A DNA stretch of 64,000 nucleotides, taken from Raillietiella orientalis (taxonomy: Eukaryota). The translations under genes and the position numbers were made by a program. The notes beneath the pieces were generated by a model, which saw only the letters and a list, made by a program, of their open reading frames with translations, was not told the origin of the DNA and did no database searches. The stretch lies in assembly GCA_036172245.1 (NCBI GenBank), contig JAYWIR010000031.1:1178001-1242000 (forward strand), written 5' to 3'. Positions 12,830-25,109 of this stretch are shown in pieces (within the stretch, counting starts at the first letter, position 1; each line of letters opens with the position of its first letter).

Positions 12830-14330
12830 GGCATGATTATCTTCTACATGGCAGCCGGAGTGATGGTTATTTTCAGCGTTCAAAAAAAACTTTCTCTTCC
12901 TGAAAGAAGCGACCCTCCTGAAGTTCTTGAAAAAGGGAATGCTTGTGAGAGCCAGAAACTTGACTCAAGTGACCGCGGATCGGACAAAGAGGCTGCTGAG
13001 GATCCGGTCCCAGGAAGTGTGCCATCTCGTGCCTGAGCTGTGCCTTACAAACCAGGAAGAATCACGTATGCATCCTTTTGGTTTCCCCGGAGACGCGGAG
13101 CCAAGTTCAAACGCCGATTTCTCTCGTGCATTCCCGAGGTTACAACCCCCGATAAACCGGAAAGTCGGTTGTGGCAAAATCCACTGGAATCCAAAACCGA
13201 TACCATCGCGGAATGGTTGCTACGTGACTGCTCAGTCTATCAGATTGTGGAAAACTCTATCAGATTCGTGCTTAAGGAGAAATCATTCTTTCAAAGATAC
13301 AAAAGTGTGTGCAAAAGGAAGGAGTTGATCGAAGGAAGGCGGCGTTATTTTGATTAAAAAAAAAAAAAGACTGGAAATACTGTTAGGGGAAGCATTGGCA
13401 GGATGTGTTTGGGGAGCAGTTCATCTTGGCCATCATCCAGCAATCGAGAAAGTTCACTGCGACCGTTAGGAATTCACAAAGAGGCTGGAAAACGGATCAG
13501 CCAACACCCAGATCAAGGAAAAACCGTGCTATGTACAGGACTCCATCGTTCCTCTGGTTACTTCTTGACGACTGGAGAGGATCTTCGTTTCGCCGACTCT
13601 CGCTTTATTCGAGCAGCAAGATTGAGCCTACTGCCGATCAGCGGCGTCTCATGGAGGCCCCAAGGAGAAAAAGGTTTCCCTGCCGCTGCGTAGCTTGGGA
13701 TGAGACCCAGCCTCACATTTTGAATCATTGCGTGAGGCCCTCTCCCCCACGCGCAGCAGGACACGATGACATAGTAACAAGACTGTTGGCAGCGGCAAAG
13801 GATACAGTAGGATGGGAGCAGACAAACAAGACGGCCCCTGGATGTGACTTCATCTTAAGGCCCGATCTAACGCTGCAGAAGGCGAATGAGATGATTCATC
13901 CTGTACAATTCGAAAATGCCCAAGAGATGTCCAGCTTGAGAATAACAGAAAAAGAAGAAAAGCACCAGGAGGAGCCGCTGAGGAAGAAAGAACTTCAGAC
14001 TGAAGCCACTAGGAGTCCGGGACCCACGAAATGATGGAGTGATCCGAGAGTTGGGTACCCCGAAGCGGGTATGTGGAGGAAATGAGGCACCTGATGTGGT
14101 CCCATGCATGCAGCACAGCAGGGACATCTGCTGGGTGTACGGATCAGGACGTCCTCCGAACGACGCCATCAAGCGGCAAGCTTATGAGGAGGGCTGCAGT
14201 ACAAGAAGAGGGTCTCTCATCAGATCCAAGAAGAACGAAGAAGCCGTCAGAAAGAGAGGAGGAGATACGGCAGAGCAATCCAAGTTATGTATCTGCACAC
14301 AATGTAATCGAATTGCTAAATAAAATCTGT
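12830..14330 (+). mobile_element. Second decayed RLE-type (R2/NeSL-like) non-LTR retrotransposon remnant
   Basis: CRCVAWDETQPHILNHC knuckle, GHDDIV (RHD equivalent), LRPDL endonuclease motif, and a C-terminal MRHLMWSHAC segment paralleling the 6.7 kb copy. Several frameshifts. Confidence 0.8.
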
Positions 14331-14399
14331 TCTTATCAGCTTACTATCTGATGTGCTACCTTTCTGATGACCAGTACATCAAACTATTTTCTGGAAGTA

Positions 14400-16500
14400 G
14401 TCAGGAGGCTTAGAGCTTGCTCTTCTCCTGTCGCGCGTTGACCCCGCATTCTGCAGTACCTCTGGGGTCGTTCCACTGCTTCCCTTCACGGGAGAACCTC
14501 CGCGCGAATGCAAGGTCATGCAGAGTTCGGGAATCGGACTCCGATTTGCCTCACGGCCCTTCGAGGTTTCCAGGATTGGAAAGGCGCCCCAAATGTGTTC
14601 AGGACCGCTCGGGAAGGAACGGAGTCACGGGTCGGTCTTGTGCAGCGACCCTCGCGACCGCGGAACCAACGTTAGAGAAAGAGAATCCGTGTGCTTTCCG
14701 ATCTCAGTGTTCTTGGACTGCGTTGTCCACGTAGGTCGTGGATCTGCGGTCGGGAGGGAGCGGTCCGCGCGTTGGCAGCATCCGCTTGTTCAGACTCCAG
14801 AGGGATGCCTTGCCTCGCTGCTGAGGGAGCAACTCGGACGCGGAGCAGCGGTTGTCGCTGGCAGTGCTGTCGGACCCTGCCAGCAGATGTTCCGCAGGAC
14901 CACTGAGCGTCGCCCGCCTCCTCGAAATTCAGAAGACGGCCAAGGCTGCCAAGGCCGGCGCTGCTGCTCCAGCCTTCGCCTTCCGCGGAGGGCGAACCGT
15001 GCCCGCTCAGAACGAAGATGAGGGAGGGGGGACACGGGTAGGGGCGACCCTGAGGGCCTAGGTGCTGGAAGGAACCTGGGTGCACGGGAGAAGAGGAGGA
15101 CGGATGGCGAACCATCTGGCAGCTGCCTCCCTACGAAGGTTCCCCCGTGACAGCTGGCATACGCGTCGGACAGAGCCCCACCCTGTGAAGCGACGAAACC
15201 TTGGAGCCGGAATGACTCTCGATCTGTGCTCTCAGAATTGCAGAGGGGAAAAGGTCCGATCTGCTTGAAACCCTGGAGCTCTGGCTGCCGTGAGCGCCAC
15301 CCAGTGGATCTGGTGCGGACGCTCTTCGGATCCCATGAGAGGTGTCGGTTGCCAGGGGCAGCGGGATGGCGGCGACCACGGGGAAGTTGGAATCCTCTGA
15401 AGGGCGCACGCGGCGACTCGCCCGCTGGAGTCAGCGGCCCCGGAGACGGAGGAATGGAAGCACCCGGACCGACGCGCCCCCGAGTCGCCCGGATTGAACC
15501 CTCCCTGCCCTCCGGTCGCTGGTTCTTCGGAGAAACAGGGATGGGAGAGGGGGCGGAAATTCTCCGGGATCCTGCGAGCAGAAGGATCTGCGTGAGCGCC
15601 CTCCTGGATCTGCTTGGAGCAGCCATCGGCTCCAGGCGAGACCCTGGGGGTCTGGCGCAGAGGAGGGGCCCCAGGCTCACAGCCTCCCGGAGTGGCCCTA
15701 ACCGAGCACTGCTTCGCCTGCCCGCGTTGCCGGGCTGGAGCGGCGACGCGCGCGGGTGGCGCGAATGCGCTCCGCCACTGAGCGTGCCCTCGGGAGAGGT
15801 CGCGGTCTCTGAGTGCGGGGACTGACGGCGGCGTCCTGCAACCGCCGCCGCGGAGGGAGGGGGACGAGGGAAGAACCCACTGCCTATTCGGGAAGCACCT
15901 TCCGAAATTTCTCAAAAATGCTCTCTCCGAAGGGATAGACTCGGTTCTCTGCACTCTCTGGGGAGGTGGCGAAACACCTACTCCATCAGTACGACGCGGA
16001 GGGTCCCTCATTGAAAGAGGAGGGACAGCTCTTGTGCACAATCGGATGGGTCAACCCGCTTCTCGATTCCTGGAAGGACCCGAAGGTTGACTCCTATAAG
16101 TCCTGGCCACTCATCAGGAGTATCCGGTTTGAACCGCCACCGGTGCCGCAACCTAATGAATGGAGGCCAACCAGCGGCATCTCGCGGGAGGAACTTGAAC
16201 CCGCGACACTCTTGCCACGCGCGGAGACCTCAGCAGCCACACGGCCTCCGAAGCGACCTCCGACTGGGAGGCTGCGGATGGGAGAATGGGAAGACTTCGG
16301 AACCTTGCCCTGTTGCTTGGCACCCCTCTGGAGAGGCGGTGGGTGCTTCCTCACCCCTACCAGCGGAGGAATCGCAAGAGTTGCAACCCCCCCAGACCGT
16401 CCCAGAGAAAAGGCGGTGGGAAGAGGAATAAACCTCCCCTCTGACGCTCGCGCCTGGAGCAGGCGCAAGAGCCGGAATGACGTCATGCTCCCGAACGAAA
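14400..16500 (+). mobile_element. GC-rich decayed LINE fragment, probably the ORF1 region of the local L1/Tx1-like family
   Basis: The 16.06 kb block LLDSWKDPKVDSYKSWPLIRSIR matches blocks at 23.0, 33.85 and 35.8 kb (ct[tc]gattcc(t)ggaagga core). Cys-rich decayed knuckle-like text near 15.25 kb. Confidence 0.55.
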
Positions 16501-16594
16501 GAAAGGGGGCTTTTTATTTTTTCCCCCCTAGAGGCGGCGAGGAACGGGATTCTCGGGAAGAGATCCGCAGGGGATTAAGGATAGCGGCAGCATC

Positions 16595-17331
16595 CTACCA
16601 CTCGCTGTAGGGTTCGTAGGGGGGCCTGTAATGGGGCGGAGGGCGGTGGCCTGGGTGGTGGTGGCCTGGAGGGCGGTACGGTGGTGGTGGCGGTGGCGGG
16701 GGGTAGTGGTGAGGCGGTCGATGAGGTGGTCCCGGGGGTCGGTGGTGCGGGCCGAAGCCCTGCATGGTGTTCTGCCCGAAGCCGAAGCCGATGCTGAGTC
16801 CTCCCACCTGCGAGCTGGACATTCCCAGTCCCGGTCCTAAGGGAAGCACGGCATCAGGGTGGTCATTGTCCCCGCTCCTCCTCAGGCGGGGTCGGTCGGC
16901 TGCGAGTCACCTTGCCAGGATAAAAAGGGGGGGGGGAGGGGGATGGAACGAACCTTCCTCTCCCTCCCCTTCCCCACTCACTTACCGCCGAAGAAGCGCG
17001 TCTCGGTCTCGTTCCCGTCTTCCTCGCCGCCCGGGTCCAGATGATCTTTCGAGAGCGCTGGGGGTCCGAGTGGCTTCTCCGTGCCACCCACATCAAGGGG
17101 GTCGGAGGAGGAGCTTCCGGAAGCCGCGGCCGCAGCTCCTTGCTCTACCTCCTCCTCGAAGATCACGTCAGGCGCCGGGAGCGCTTCTGCTGGAGGGACG
17201 TGCAGAGGAAGGAGGACCTTCACCAGAGGAGGTAAAGGGAGGTCAGCACGCGAGTGGCAGCCTACCAGCAGCAGCAGCAGCAGCAGCGAACCCCCCGCTG
17301 TGGCCCTGGAGGATCCTCTGGAGAAATGCAT
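16595..17331 (-). CDS. Secreted His/Pro-rich precursor protein, 'RFFxG' family member B (about 195 aa; exons 17331-16986, 16836-16595)
   Basis: Hydrophobic LLLLLLLVG. Spacer PDVIFEEEVEQ...GNETETRFFG-G|gtaag. 149-nt intron with acceptor cttcccttag|GA in phase. C-terminal exon GPGLGMSSSQVGGLSIGFGFGQ...HHRPPGPPHRPPHHYPPPPPPPPYRPPGHHHPGHRPPPHYRPPYEPYSEW*. AATAAA at 16513-16518 (minus strand). Confidence 0.85.
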
Positions 17332-17412
17332 GGCGTTCCCAGTGGCGGTCGTCACGAAGCGTCCAAAGAACCGACTAAGAGCGAGGATGGCCGGTCTCAA
17401 CCTCCCCGCCCG

Positions 17413-17419
17413 TTATAAA
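17413..17419 (-). promoter_or_regulatory. Candidate TATA box for member B
   Basis: TTTATAA in GC-rich context about 80 nt upstream of the ATG at 17331. Confidence 0.5.
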
Positions 17420-19246
17420 GGGGAGGCGTTCTGCGCTTCTGCAGATCGGGTCTCCAAGGTAACCTTCTGCGACACGCCCCTCCTCGGGGTCCGTCTTCCT
17501 GCGCAGCTCTCAGGGCGCCCGCTCTCCCGGTGCCTGGCAACCCCCTCTTCGCTACCGCAAGGCCGCCGGAGGGCGGCGCTGGGGAGGAAGGGAGGGCGGG
17601 GGCGGACGCAGCCGCACGGACCCACGGAAAGTCATGCGCGGCCCAGGAGCCCATGCGGCGAAGGGCTGTGCTGGAGGCTGCGGATGAGCCCGTCTACGCC
17701 GGCCGGGTCCCCAGCCGCAAACCGGCGGCGACCCTGAAGGGTCTCTCCCCACCGACTGGCCTCCCGTGGAGGGGAGTGCGCGCGCGCACAGATCCCTCTT
17801 CCTCCAGGAAGGGAGTCTAGCACTGCAGAACCGCATCTTCTCTGCAGGCTCCTTGGTAAAGCGACCATCTTGTAGCAGTACCTGATCCCAAGGTCTCGGT
17901 GGTCAGAGAGCCTCTCGAGAGATGGCAGCAGAGGGCCATGCCGAGAGCTCGGTGTTGTCCTCGCGCGCACCTGCCACCCACACCGTTCTCCCCAGAGCAG
18001 CCGGCTGAGGAACTGGACGGAGATCCTTTCCAGATGGCTCCAAGGCGGCATCCCGCCAACGCGAAGGCGAGGAAGGGATCCCAGGGCACGGCACGACCCG
18101 AAAGCCAGCGCAGGACGCGAGCAGAAGAGAGCAGGCAGCGGTGCTGCCAGAAGCTTCACGTGGTTTCTGTCAATCCCTTGCAACAGTAGCTGCCGGAAAG
18201 ATGGGAAAAACGGACGGGCAATGTCGATTAAAAGGTATCCTTGGAAACCTTCGGGTATGTCCTCTTAGACGAGCCTCTCCTTGCCCGTGCTGACAGCCGT
18301 CTGGACGCGGCACCAAACGACATGGGTGCGAATCGCCCCGGTAAAGATTGACTCCGAGTTGGCTCCGTCGGAGCTTTCGATTCTCCCCGCCAGATGACGC
18401 CGGGACTGCTCCCAAGCTTCGGGTGTTGCACTCATCCACGATCGGACGTCCTGTTGACTAGCCAGGAATTGGCAGTGGACCGTCCGGGATCACCCTCCCC
18501 GGTTCCCTTTAGACAGCGGTTCTCTTGGCTCCCCTTTCTGACTTCCGATGCGGAATCTCGGAAGATGAAAACGACGAAGTGAAAGTCTGGATAGCCGGAT
18601 GGAAGGAGAGATTGGCCGACAGTGGAAAGAACTGCTGGTACGCAAGGAACGCTGAAGTTTGGACTTTCGCACTTCGAGTGGCTAGAAAAGTGAGTACCAG
18701 TTCAAGCCACCCTACAGGAAGCAGAAGTGACCGGTAGTGGATGAACCTGAAGCGCTGACAATGAATGCCACAAGTAGACAGCAGACAAACTGTTGCTGAC
18801 CTTGCTGTGTGACTTGCTTTAAAATCATGCAGGACTGTCCTTCGTGTAAAACATCTAAATATTTCTAAATGTGCAAGGTGCTCTTGCGTGATCTCAGGGC
18901 TCCAGAAAGACCAAATGTGCTTTGTCGTGTGATCCTTCTTTTCCCAGATCGCTTTATGAGTGAGCGCCTTTGGATCCTAAAGTACGTCAAGATGGCTTCT
19001 CATTACCCTGCAGATCATTCTGGTATTTCTTTTGGGTCTCTACTAAAGAGATGCAAGATTCATACTCTGCTGTCGCTCTCGCTCTCTTACGCAATAAAGC
19101 CTTCCTGAGTCTTTTTCTTCCTCTTTTCTTTTCTTTTCATTTTCCTAGGTCTCACGGATCCTCTTGGCAATTCCACAGTGCTGGACTCCACTGCGAGACG
19201 AACCTTCCCACTGCGTACACTCCTCCCGCGTTCAGCATCACAAATA

Positions 19247-19508
19247 CGGTGATACCTCGGTACTCGTCAGTAATTCGTTCGGGAACTCGTGACGAGTGCG
19301 AACGAATTTTTCATATAAGCATGAATAACGCTTAAAATGCACAGGAAGCACAAAAAAAGAAACAGAGAATTCGGGAGGCACTCTATGGGAGTGTTCGGCA
19401 TTGTTCGCAAGACTAAAGCGCCTAGTGTCGAAACATTTTTTCTCTTCAAAATGCGGCGAGTACCGAGTCCGACGAGTTCCGACACCGCCAAGTGTTGAGG
19501 TACCATTG
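19247..19508. mobile_element. 262-bp MITE of Tc1/mariner-pogo (Tigger-like) type
   Basis: TA on both flanks (19245-46, 19509-10). Imperfect terminal inverted repeats CGGTGATACCTCGGTACTCG / CAATGGTACCTCAACACTTG. No coding capacity. Confidence 0.7.
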
Positions 19509-19699
19509 TATTTCGGATATCCGCGCCCTCAGTTTCCTCAGGATGACCACTTGACCGATAGTGAACCTCGAAGGAACGGGTCTGTGATCACCTGCTGGTT
19601 TACCAGCGGCTTCCTTGCTGCTTCTTGCAAACTCTAGACCTGAACTAAAGTCGGAACTCATTGCAGGTCATCCCGGGATCGGCAGCTCACTTTCACCGT

Positions 19700-21700
19700 C
19701 TGTTTGCAGCATCCATGGGTTTTTCTCACTGGTCAGGATGATGGGTGGAGACCAGGAGCGACCAGATTGCCTGGTGCGCCCGCTTTCGCAGGTCACCCAC
19801 TGGCGGTGGACGCACGCAACCAGGAAGATCTTTCAGCGTACTCTCCTTCTTCTCGTTCGCAGTTCCAGTTCATTTTAGCCACTCCCTACCTGCAGCTCCT
19901 GCGCTCCTTTCTCTATAGCATCACCTTCTTGGTACCAGACCGGCATCTCTTGGAGAAGAACCTTCCTCCTCGCACAGAACCAAACTTTCTCATTTCCAAT
20001 GTCAGGAGGGATCTAATAGCTGATCAGAATACCAAGATATTCGGGAAGAGGTAATAACCTTGAAGAACCCTTCCTTCCTTAAGCACAGAAACGTAACAGA
20101 AATGCTACAGATATCTTTTAGTGGGATAGATGGGTCTTGCAAATCCCTCGCCGGCCGGAGTGCCGGTTACTCTGCAGGTTCCGAACACTTTCGGACAATG
20201 GATGCACTGAAGCGAAGTGGCGTCCCTGCACTTAGAAACAGAAGTTTACGGTTCGGGCACGGAGCCGGCGCCTGCCAGAAGGCGAGGTGCTTCAAGTGCA
20301 GCCAGCAAGGCCACCTGATCGACGGCTGCACGAGGGACGCCGCAGGGCAAGCTCTCGCGGCACGCTAACCTCGAGTGGCCCCCAGCGCTGAAGAACAATC
20401 GGACCCTCCCCCCTGAAGTGTCAGAATTTAACACTTCTCCTGTTGAACTGAGGTATCCTGTGCAACGCCCGCCGCTCTCAATTAACCCGGGGCTAGAAAG
20501 AGGATCAGCAGCAGCAGAAGGCGGAGTCTGCGAGCGCAGTCCCGAGCTTCGCCGAGGAGAAGAAGAACAAAAGGAAGCCTGTTACCGAGAAACCTCCTCC
20601 TCCTCCGAAAGCGCTGACGGACAGCACCGTGACCGAGGAGGAGTAGAAGCAGCAGGCGGTGAGGAGCATGAGCAGAAGTGCCCTGAAGAATGACTTCCGT
20701 CCGGACAGCACCTAAGAGACCCTGCTCCCTCATCCCCGAGTTCCAGGACGAACGAAGAAGGAAGAGGATGCTTCTGGAGCATGAAGAGAGGTCGGAGAAA
20801 GCCAAACTTGTCCGGGAGGGCCGACAGGCCTCTCCTGATGAGCTGATAAAGGCAAAGCCCTCCTGCCGTCGGGTACACATTCCAATATTTTTTTGATGTA
20901 TCTGCATGGCATGAGAATATATGGGCGAACGGGTACATCTGGTAGGCGTGCTTCTTTGTGGAATCGCCTGGTTCCACGAAGAAGCACGCTATCCAGCCCG
21001 ATTGGTTCTCCTCTCGTGGAAACGCTTACTCTTTCCGTAACCATCTGGATTTTTTCCTCACAACCTCGGACGCACTGAGTGCTTCGAAAGAGACAGCAAT
21101 GCAACGGCATTTCCCGACTGGACGTCCTTCAGGAACTCGAATCCCAGATGCCATCGCACAGAGCCCTTCCCCTGTCGGCTGGCTTCGTACGCTGGGATTC
21201 CCACTGCATCAAATCACTGTCCCGATAGATCACAACGCGCATGTCGTGTCAGAAAGAAAGGAAAACAGTCCTTTCCTTCCGCAAGGGAAGCCACGTGGGC
21301 TGTAGGAGAACCTCAGATCACTTCGAGTCGTAGAGCGACCCTGGGAAGTTTCGTTCTGAGGAGAAGACAAGCGGAGCCTCTCAAGCAGAAGGAAAAAGAA
21401 AGCGAAACCCTCGAAATAATCCCCGATGGCCTCCCTTCCGGTCGTTCTCCAGAAGCCTCAAGATCGCCTTCTGGAACGCCACCTGCATGTAAGACCAGGA
21501 GACAGCAAGAATCACGCGCAGCACGGAGAGTGGTGGTACCGTGTGCCTCAGGAAACCCGCCTTGAGCCCTCCTGGACACCCAGCTGTTTGCCGGCACCTG
21601 CACTGACCCCTTGGTGCATCCTGAAGAAACTGCGGATGACCTGACGTACTCAAAACGTCATCGATTCCTCCTCCTCCTCCCTAAAGTGACCATCCACAAG
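19700..21700 (+). mobile_element. Decayed L1/Tx1-like LINE: ORF1 zinc knuckles plus endonuclease remnants
   Basis: Perfect CX2CX4HX4C knuckle CFKCSQQGHLIDGC, preceded by a decayed one (RFGHGAGAC). Downstream VYLHG...RRASLWNRL, GTRIPD, IDHNA (APE SDH-like) and PRGL*E (GxWKLN-like). Confidence 0.7.
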
Positions 21701-22789
21701 GACAGAACAGCGGAGTGCGCGACACAGCGTGGAATTCAGAGCAACATGCGGTGCTCACACGCGGTGTCTCAGACGCGGTCCATAGTGTGTAGGAAACCCC
21801 TGTTGCATTCTCGTCAAAAAGAACAAACTGTCGACAATAAAATCACCTCGCCGCTTGTAGGATCTGAGGGAAAATGATGCTGAGAACGAGTTGAACCACG
21901 CGATCAATCCGTCCTCGCAAAAGTCCTCGCAGCAACGCGTAGGCGCAGTCCAAGTTTCGCATCCCAGACATTCTCGTAGAAGCTGCAAGCATTTTTTTTG
22001 GCTTCTTCTTCTGATGAAAGCCCTTGGATTTTTAAAGAAACACAGGTCTCCGTTTTTCGGGCTGGGGATTCCCGCTCGCCAGGCGGACGCGAAACCTTGT
22101 GAGACCAGAAAGAAATGTCGGACGTGTCTCCGCGCACGACGTTTGTGGACTCGTGCCCTTGCCGTGCACAGGAAGCACGGAATTTCAAGGTTTCTCGAAG
22201 TCGGCAAGAGGTTTCAAGGGAGGGGTTCCAGAAGAGCGCGTCTTTACCCTTCACGGCACGGGCGTTTCCGGTGGATAGCCTCCGCCTCTCCGTAGGCTCA
22301 CCCGAAATAACTTGTCCTCGCGTCACTGAGCTCCGTGCACACCTCGGCGTTGCGACTTCTTCCACACGTTCCGTGCAAAAATTCACGTGGGCCGGGTCTC
22401 CTGCCCCCTGCAAGTTTGCAAATGGCGCCTTTTCCGCTCTTGTCCGATACGCACACGCGTCACACTTACCGAAGGAAGGCTGCAGAAAGGCGGCGCTGCG
22501 GTTTCCTTTTTTTTTCTTTTTTATCCCCTCCCGCCTTCCCACCTCCCGTTTGGGTCCTGCCACATTTGCTAGGACGCTCGACAAAACGAAAAGAACGTGT
22601 TTTTTGTTTTCTTCGGGACAAAAAAGGCGTGAAGACTGTGCTGTTGGGCAGAGGACTTTGTCCAAAGCACGACTTCACGTGCTTCCTAGTCTTTCCAGGA
22701 AACTCGCATCCACATCTTTTCCATCTTCAATTTTTTTCTTTTTTTTTTTTTTTTAGCTTCCTTGACGGTCTTTTCCTGTGCACGGCCCG

Positions 22790-23780
22790 CGTTGGCGGCC
22801 GCGTGGCTACAGCGGTCTCCGCGCCTGGCACCAAGCGTTGCAGGTTCGAACCCCCAAGTTGAAGGTGGCCCCCTCGAGAGATGGGGGTGCGTCGTGGGTA
22901 CTTCGGGCCCCTTCCCTGCAGGATGAAGTTGGTTGGCCCACGGGCTTCGGATGCAGCGCTAGTGAAGTCCGAATGTCCCCTTTGACTGGCCGGCCTCCTT
23001 CCAGGAATCAAGGAGCCGTTTCGCCTCGGGGTTCCACTCCGGTCGCAAAAATGGGGCCGTCTTCCCCTTCGGGAAAAGGGGGCAGGAATTCATCGTAGTA
23101 CTATGGAGCTGGTTGATGGGCACCTATCGAGTATCAAGGAATGCTCTGCTCCGCCACTCTTCAGAGAACTTTGGAAGCGCTCCTTCGGGGTCCTCTACAA
23201 AGAAGCACCAACAAGGAGAGGTTTCTTATCCATCCGGAGAAGAAATGAGTCCCCCTTTGAGGAAGACCTCCGGAGAGAATGGGGAAGAGGTTCCCTTCGG
23301 AGAAGATAAAAAAGAAATGCAACAGCCTTCTCCTACGCAAGGGCTTCTGCAAGCCACGAACCAATGAGGCGTAAACTTCAGCTTGAGAGTCACCCTTTAC
23401 CCCAGAATCCCAGTAGGGATTCTCGTGGGTTCTTTCAACTAAGAAGAACGATGTGAGGCGTGGCTGAACGGAATAGTGGATGCGGGGAACTCGATTTGGA
23501 CGCTGCCCGAAACCAAAACACGGAAACTTGCGACCCAAAGACCCGAGGTGATCGAACGGAAAAGCGAGCAGAGAGCCCTTCCCCTGGAACTTTCGGAGGA
23601 GAGGATGATCTCTCGCGAAGACATCCTCTGCCTCGAGGATGCAGTTTTTTCCCACGATCTAGAGAAGTTGGCCGCGAATCGGTCGCAGCTTTCAACAAGG
23701 TCAGGAGCTCGTGCTTCCTGACCCCGGGTGCCGAAAAGGCGCTCATCAGGGCTACTCGGCAACCTCATCCACCTCGTCTC
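22790..23780 (-). mobile_element. Fragment of the local L1/Tx1-like repeat family
   Basis: Nucleotide similarity to 33617-34200 (same orientation) and 35730-35880 (opposite), e.g. gtgaagtccgaatgtcccc...ccttccaggaatcaaggagcc and agaagcaccaacaaggag. Confidence 0.65.
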
Positions 23781-23862
23781 CGAATTCTACCACAGCCACT
23801 TTGAACCTTAGTCTAAAAAAAAAAAAAAACATGCTTCTGAGCTCCCAGAAGATTTTCTATTT

Positions 23863-25109
23863 CTAAATTCTAGCACTGTAGAGCGTCGTCACTCCACTAC
23901 CAGGTGCGATGTAGGTCCTGCAGTTACCAGACTGATGTGGTAGCAAGCCGCTGCATTCTTGGCTCACGGATGATGAGTAGTGGTACCCGACTAGGTTGGG
24001 GGGTCCATCAGTGTTGATGGCTAAAAGTCACTCCTTCAAGATTCAAGTGGAAACAGAGGAGGGGTCCGATCTTCTACGGTGCAGGCGTAGAAAATCAGCC
24101 CATCCGTGTGCATTCTAACTCTCCTCAAGCACCCGTACGCAGTTTAAAATGACCGATTCGGTAAAGAGCGGCCGCTCTCGTGAGAGAAACGCGAGAGATT
24201 GGGCGGTCGTCACCGCTCCTCTGTCCAGAGCATTACCGAGCTCTGACGACAGAAATGAACCGGGAGGAAAAAGGAAGCTCCTTACATGATTGGAGAGCCA
24301 CCGGCGGGCGGGCATTTTGGTTCCTAAAGTCCAGCTCTTGGGTGACCACCTGATTTGGGTGTTGAGTCAGGTTCGCTGCATGCGTGGGCCTCGTTACTAC
24401 GGAATGGACCCGCTGTCCCCGAATCTCACGTGTTCCAGAGCTCTGCAGAGTCGCTCTTCTCAGAATATCATCGACTTCTTTGTGGATCCTCTGAATGTTT
24501 TGGTGGATTTCATCGGGCGTGGGCGGTGGCGGCAAGAACGGCGCTGGCAATACAGGAGCAGCTGAGAAACAGATTCGGAATCTCGGTAAAAATTCTCGGG
24601 CTCCATGGGCGCAGGCGCTGTTTACGGTTTATGCCGTAGGCGTTCCGTAGCTGAGTCTCCAGGGCAGTTTGGTGCTGTTGCTGCAGCCGCTGGTGATGGC
24701 GGAGGATCTCCTCGTGCTGGTGGCGCACCTGCTCGGCTAGAGAATCGAAAAGCTTCCCTACTTGGTCCGCGGGATGGGGCGCCTGCAGATTGGGTGGTGC
24801 TGCGACCTGGAAGCGCAAGGTGACGGAAACGCGGCTTGCAGCGGATCCACCGTACCTGGCGCGGCACGCGGCGGTTTCCGTCGGGAGCAGGGCCGACACC
24901 TTTGGGAGTTCGCGCAAGCCCTGGAACGGCGTCGCTACGCGGCGCGGCGCCGACGAATCCCGAAACTTTGGCAGGGATCCTCCTGCCCAACTCTCTCGAT
25001 AGGACGCACCCATTCCCCCACAGCGCTGTCAGCAACAGCGCCTAAGGAAAAACGCGCGTCGCAATACAGTACAACATCGAAAGGGACTTACAGCAAGTAC
25101 AAACTCCAT
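23863..25109 (-). CDS. Six-exon gene for a secreted Gln/His/Pro-rich protein (about 254 aa; exons 25109-25092, 25041-24856, 24806-24626, 24561-24430, 24375-24286, 24020-23863)
   Basis: All five GT-AG introns (50, 49, 64, 54, 265 nt) are phase-consistent. Spliced signal peptide MEFVLA|ALLLTALWGNGCVLS. RRVPR|Q convertase-like site. Helical segments LFDSLAEQVRHQHEEILRHHQRLQQQHQ and PDEIHQNIQRIHKEVDDILRR. C-terminal Cys pair (ECSG...GNCR). Confidence 0.8.

Noticed and set aside
14400..18700. Many long overlapping ORFs (up to 296 aa) on both strands
   Set aside because: Expected in very GC-rich DNA with few stop codons. The translations are Arg/Pro/Gly-rich without domains. Only member B and LINE remnants are supported.
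21755..22862. ORFs of 150-253 aa
   Set aside because: They run through poly-T/poly-A tracts (poly-F or poly-K) and have no motifs or coherent splice structure.
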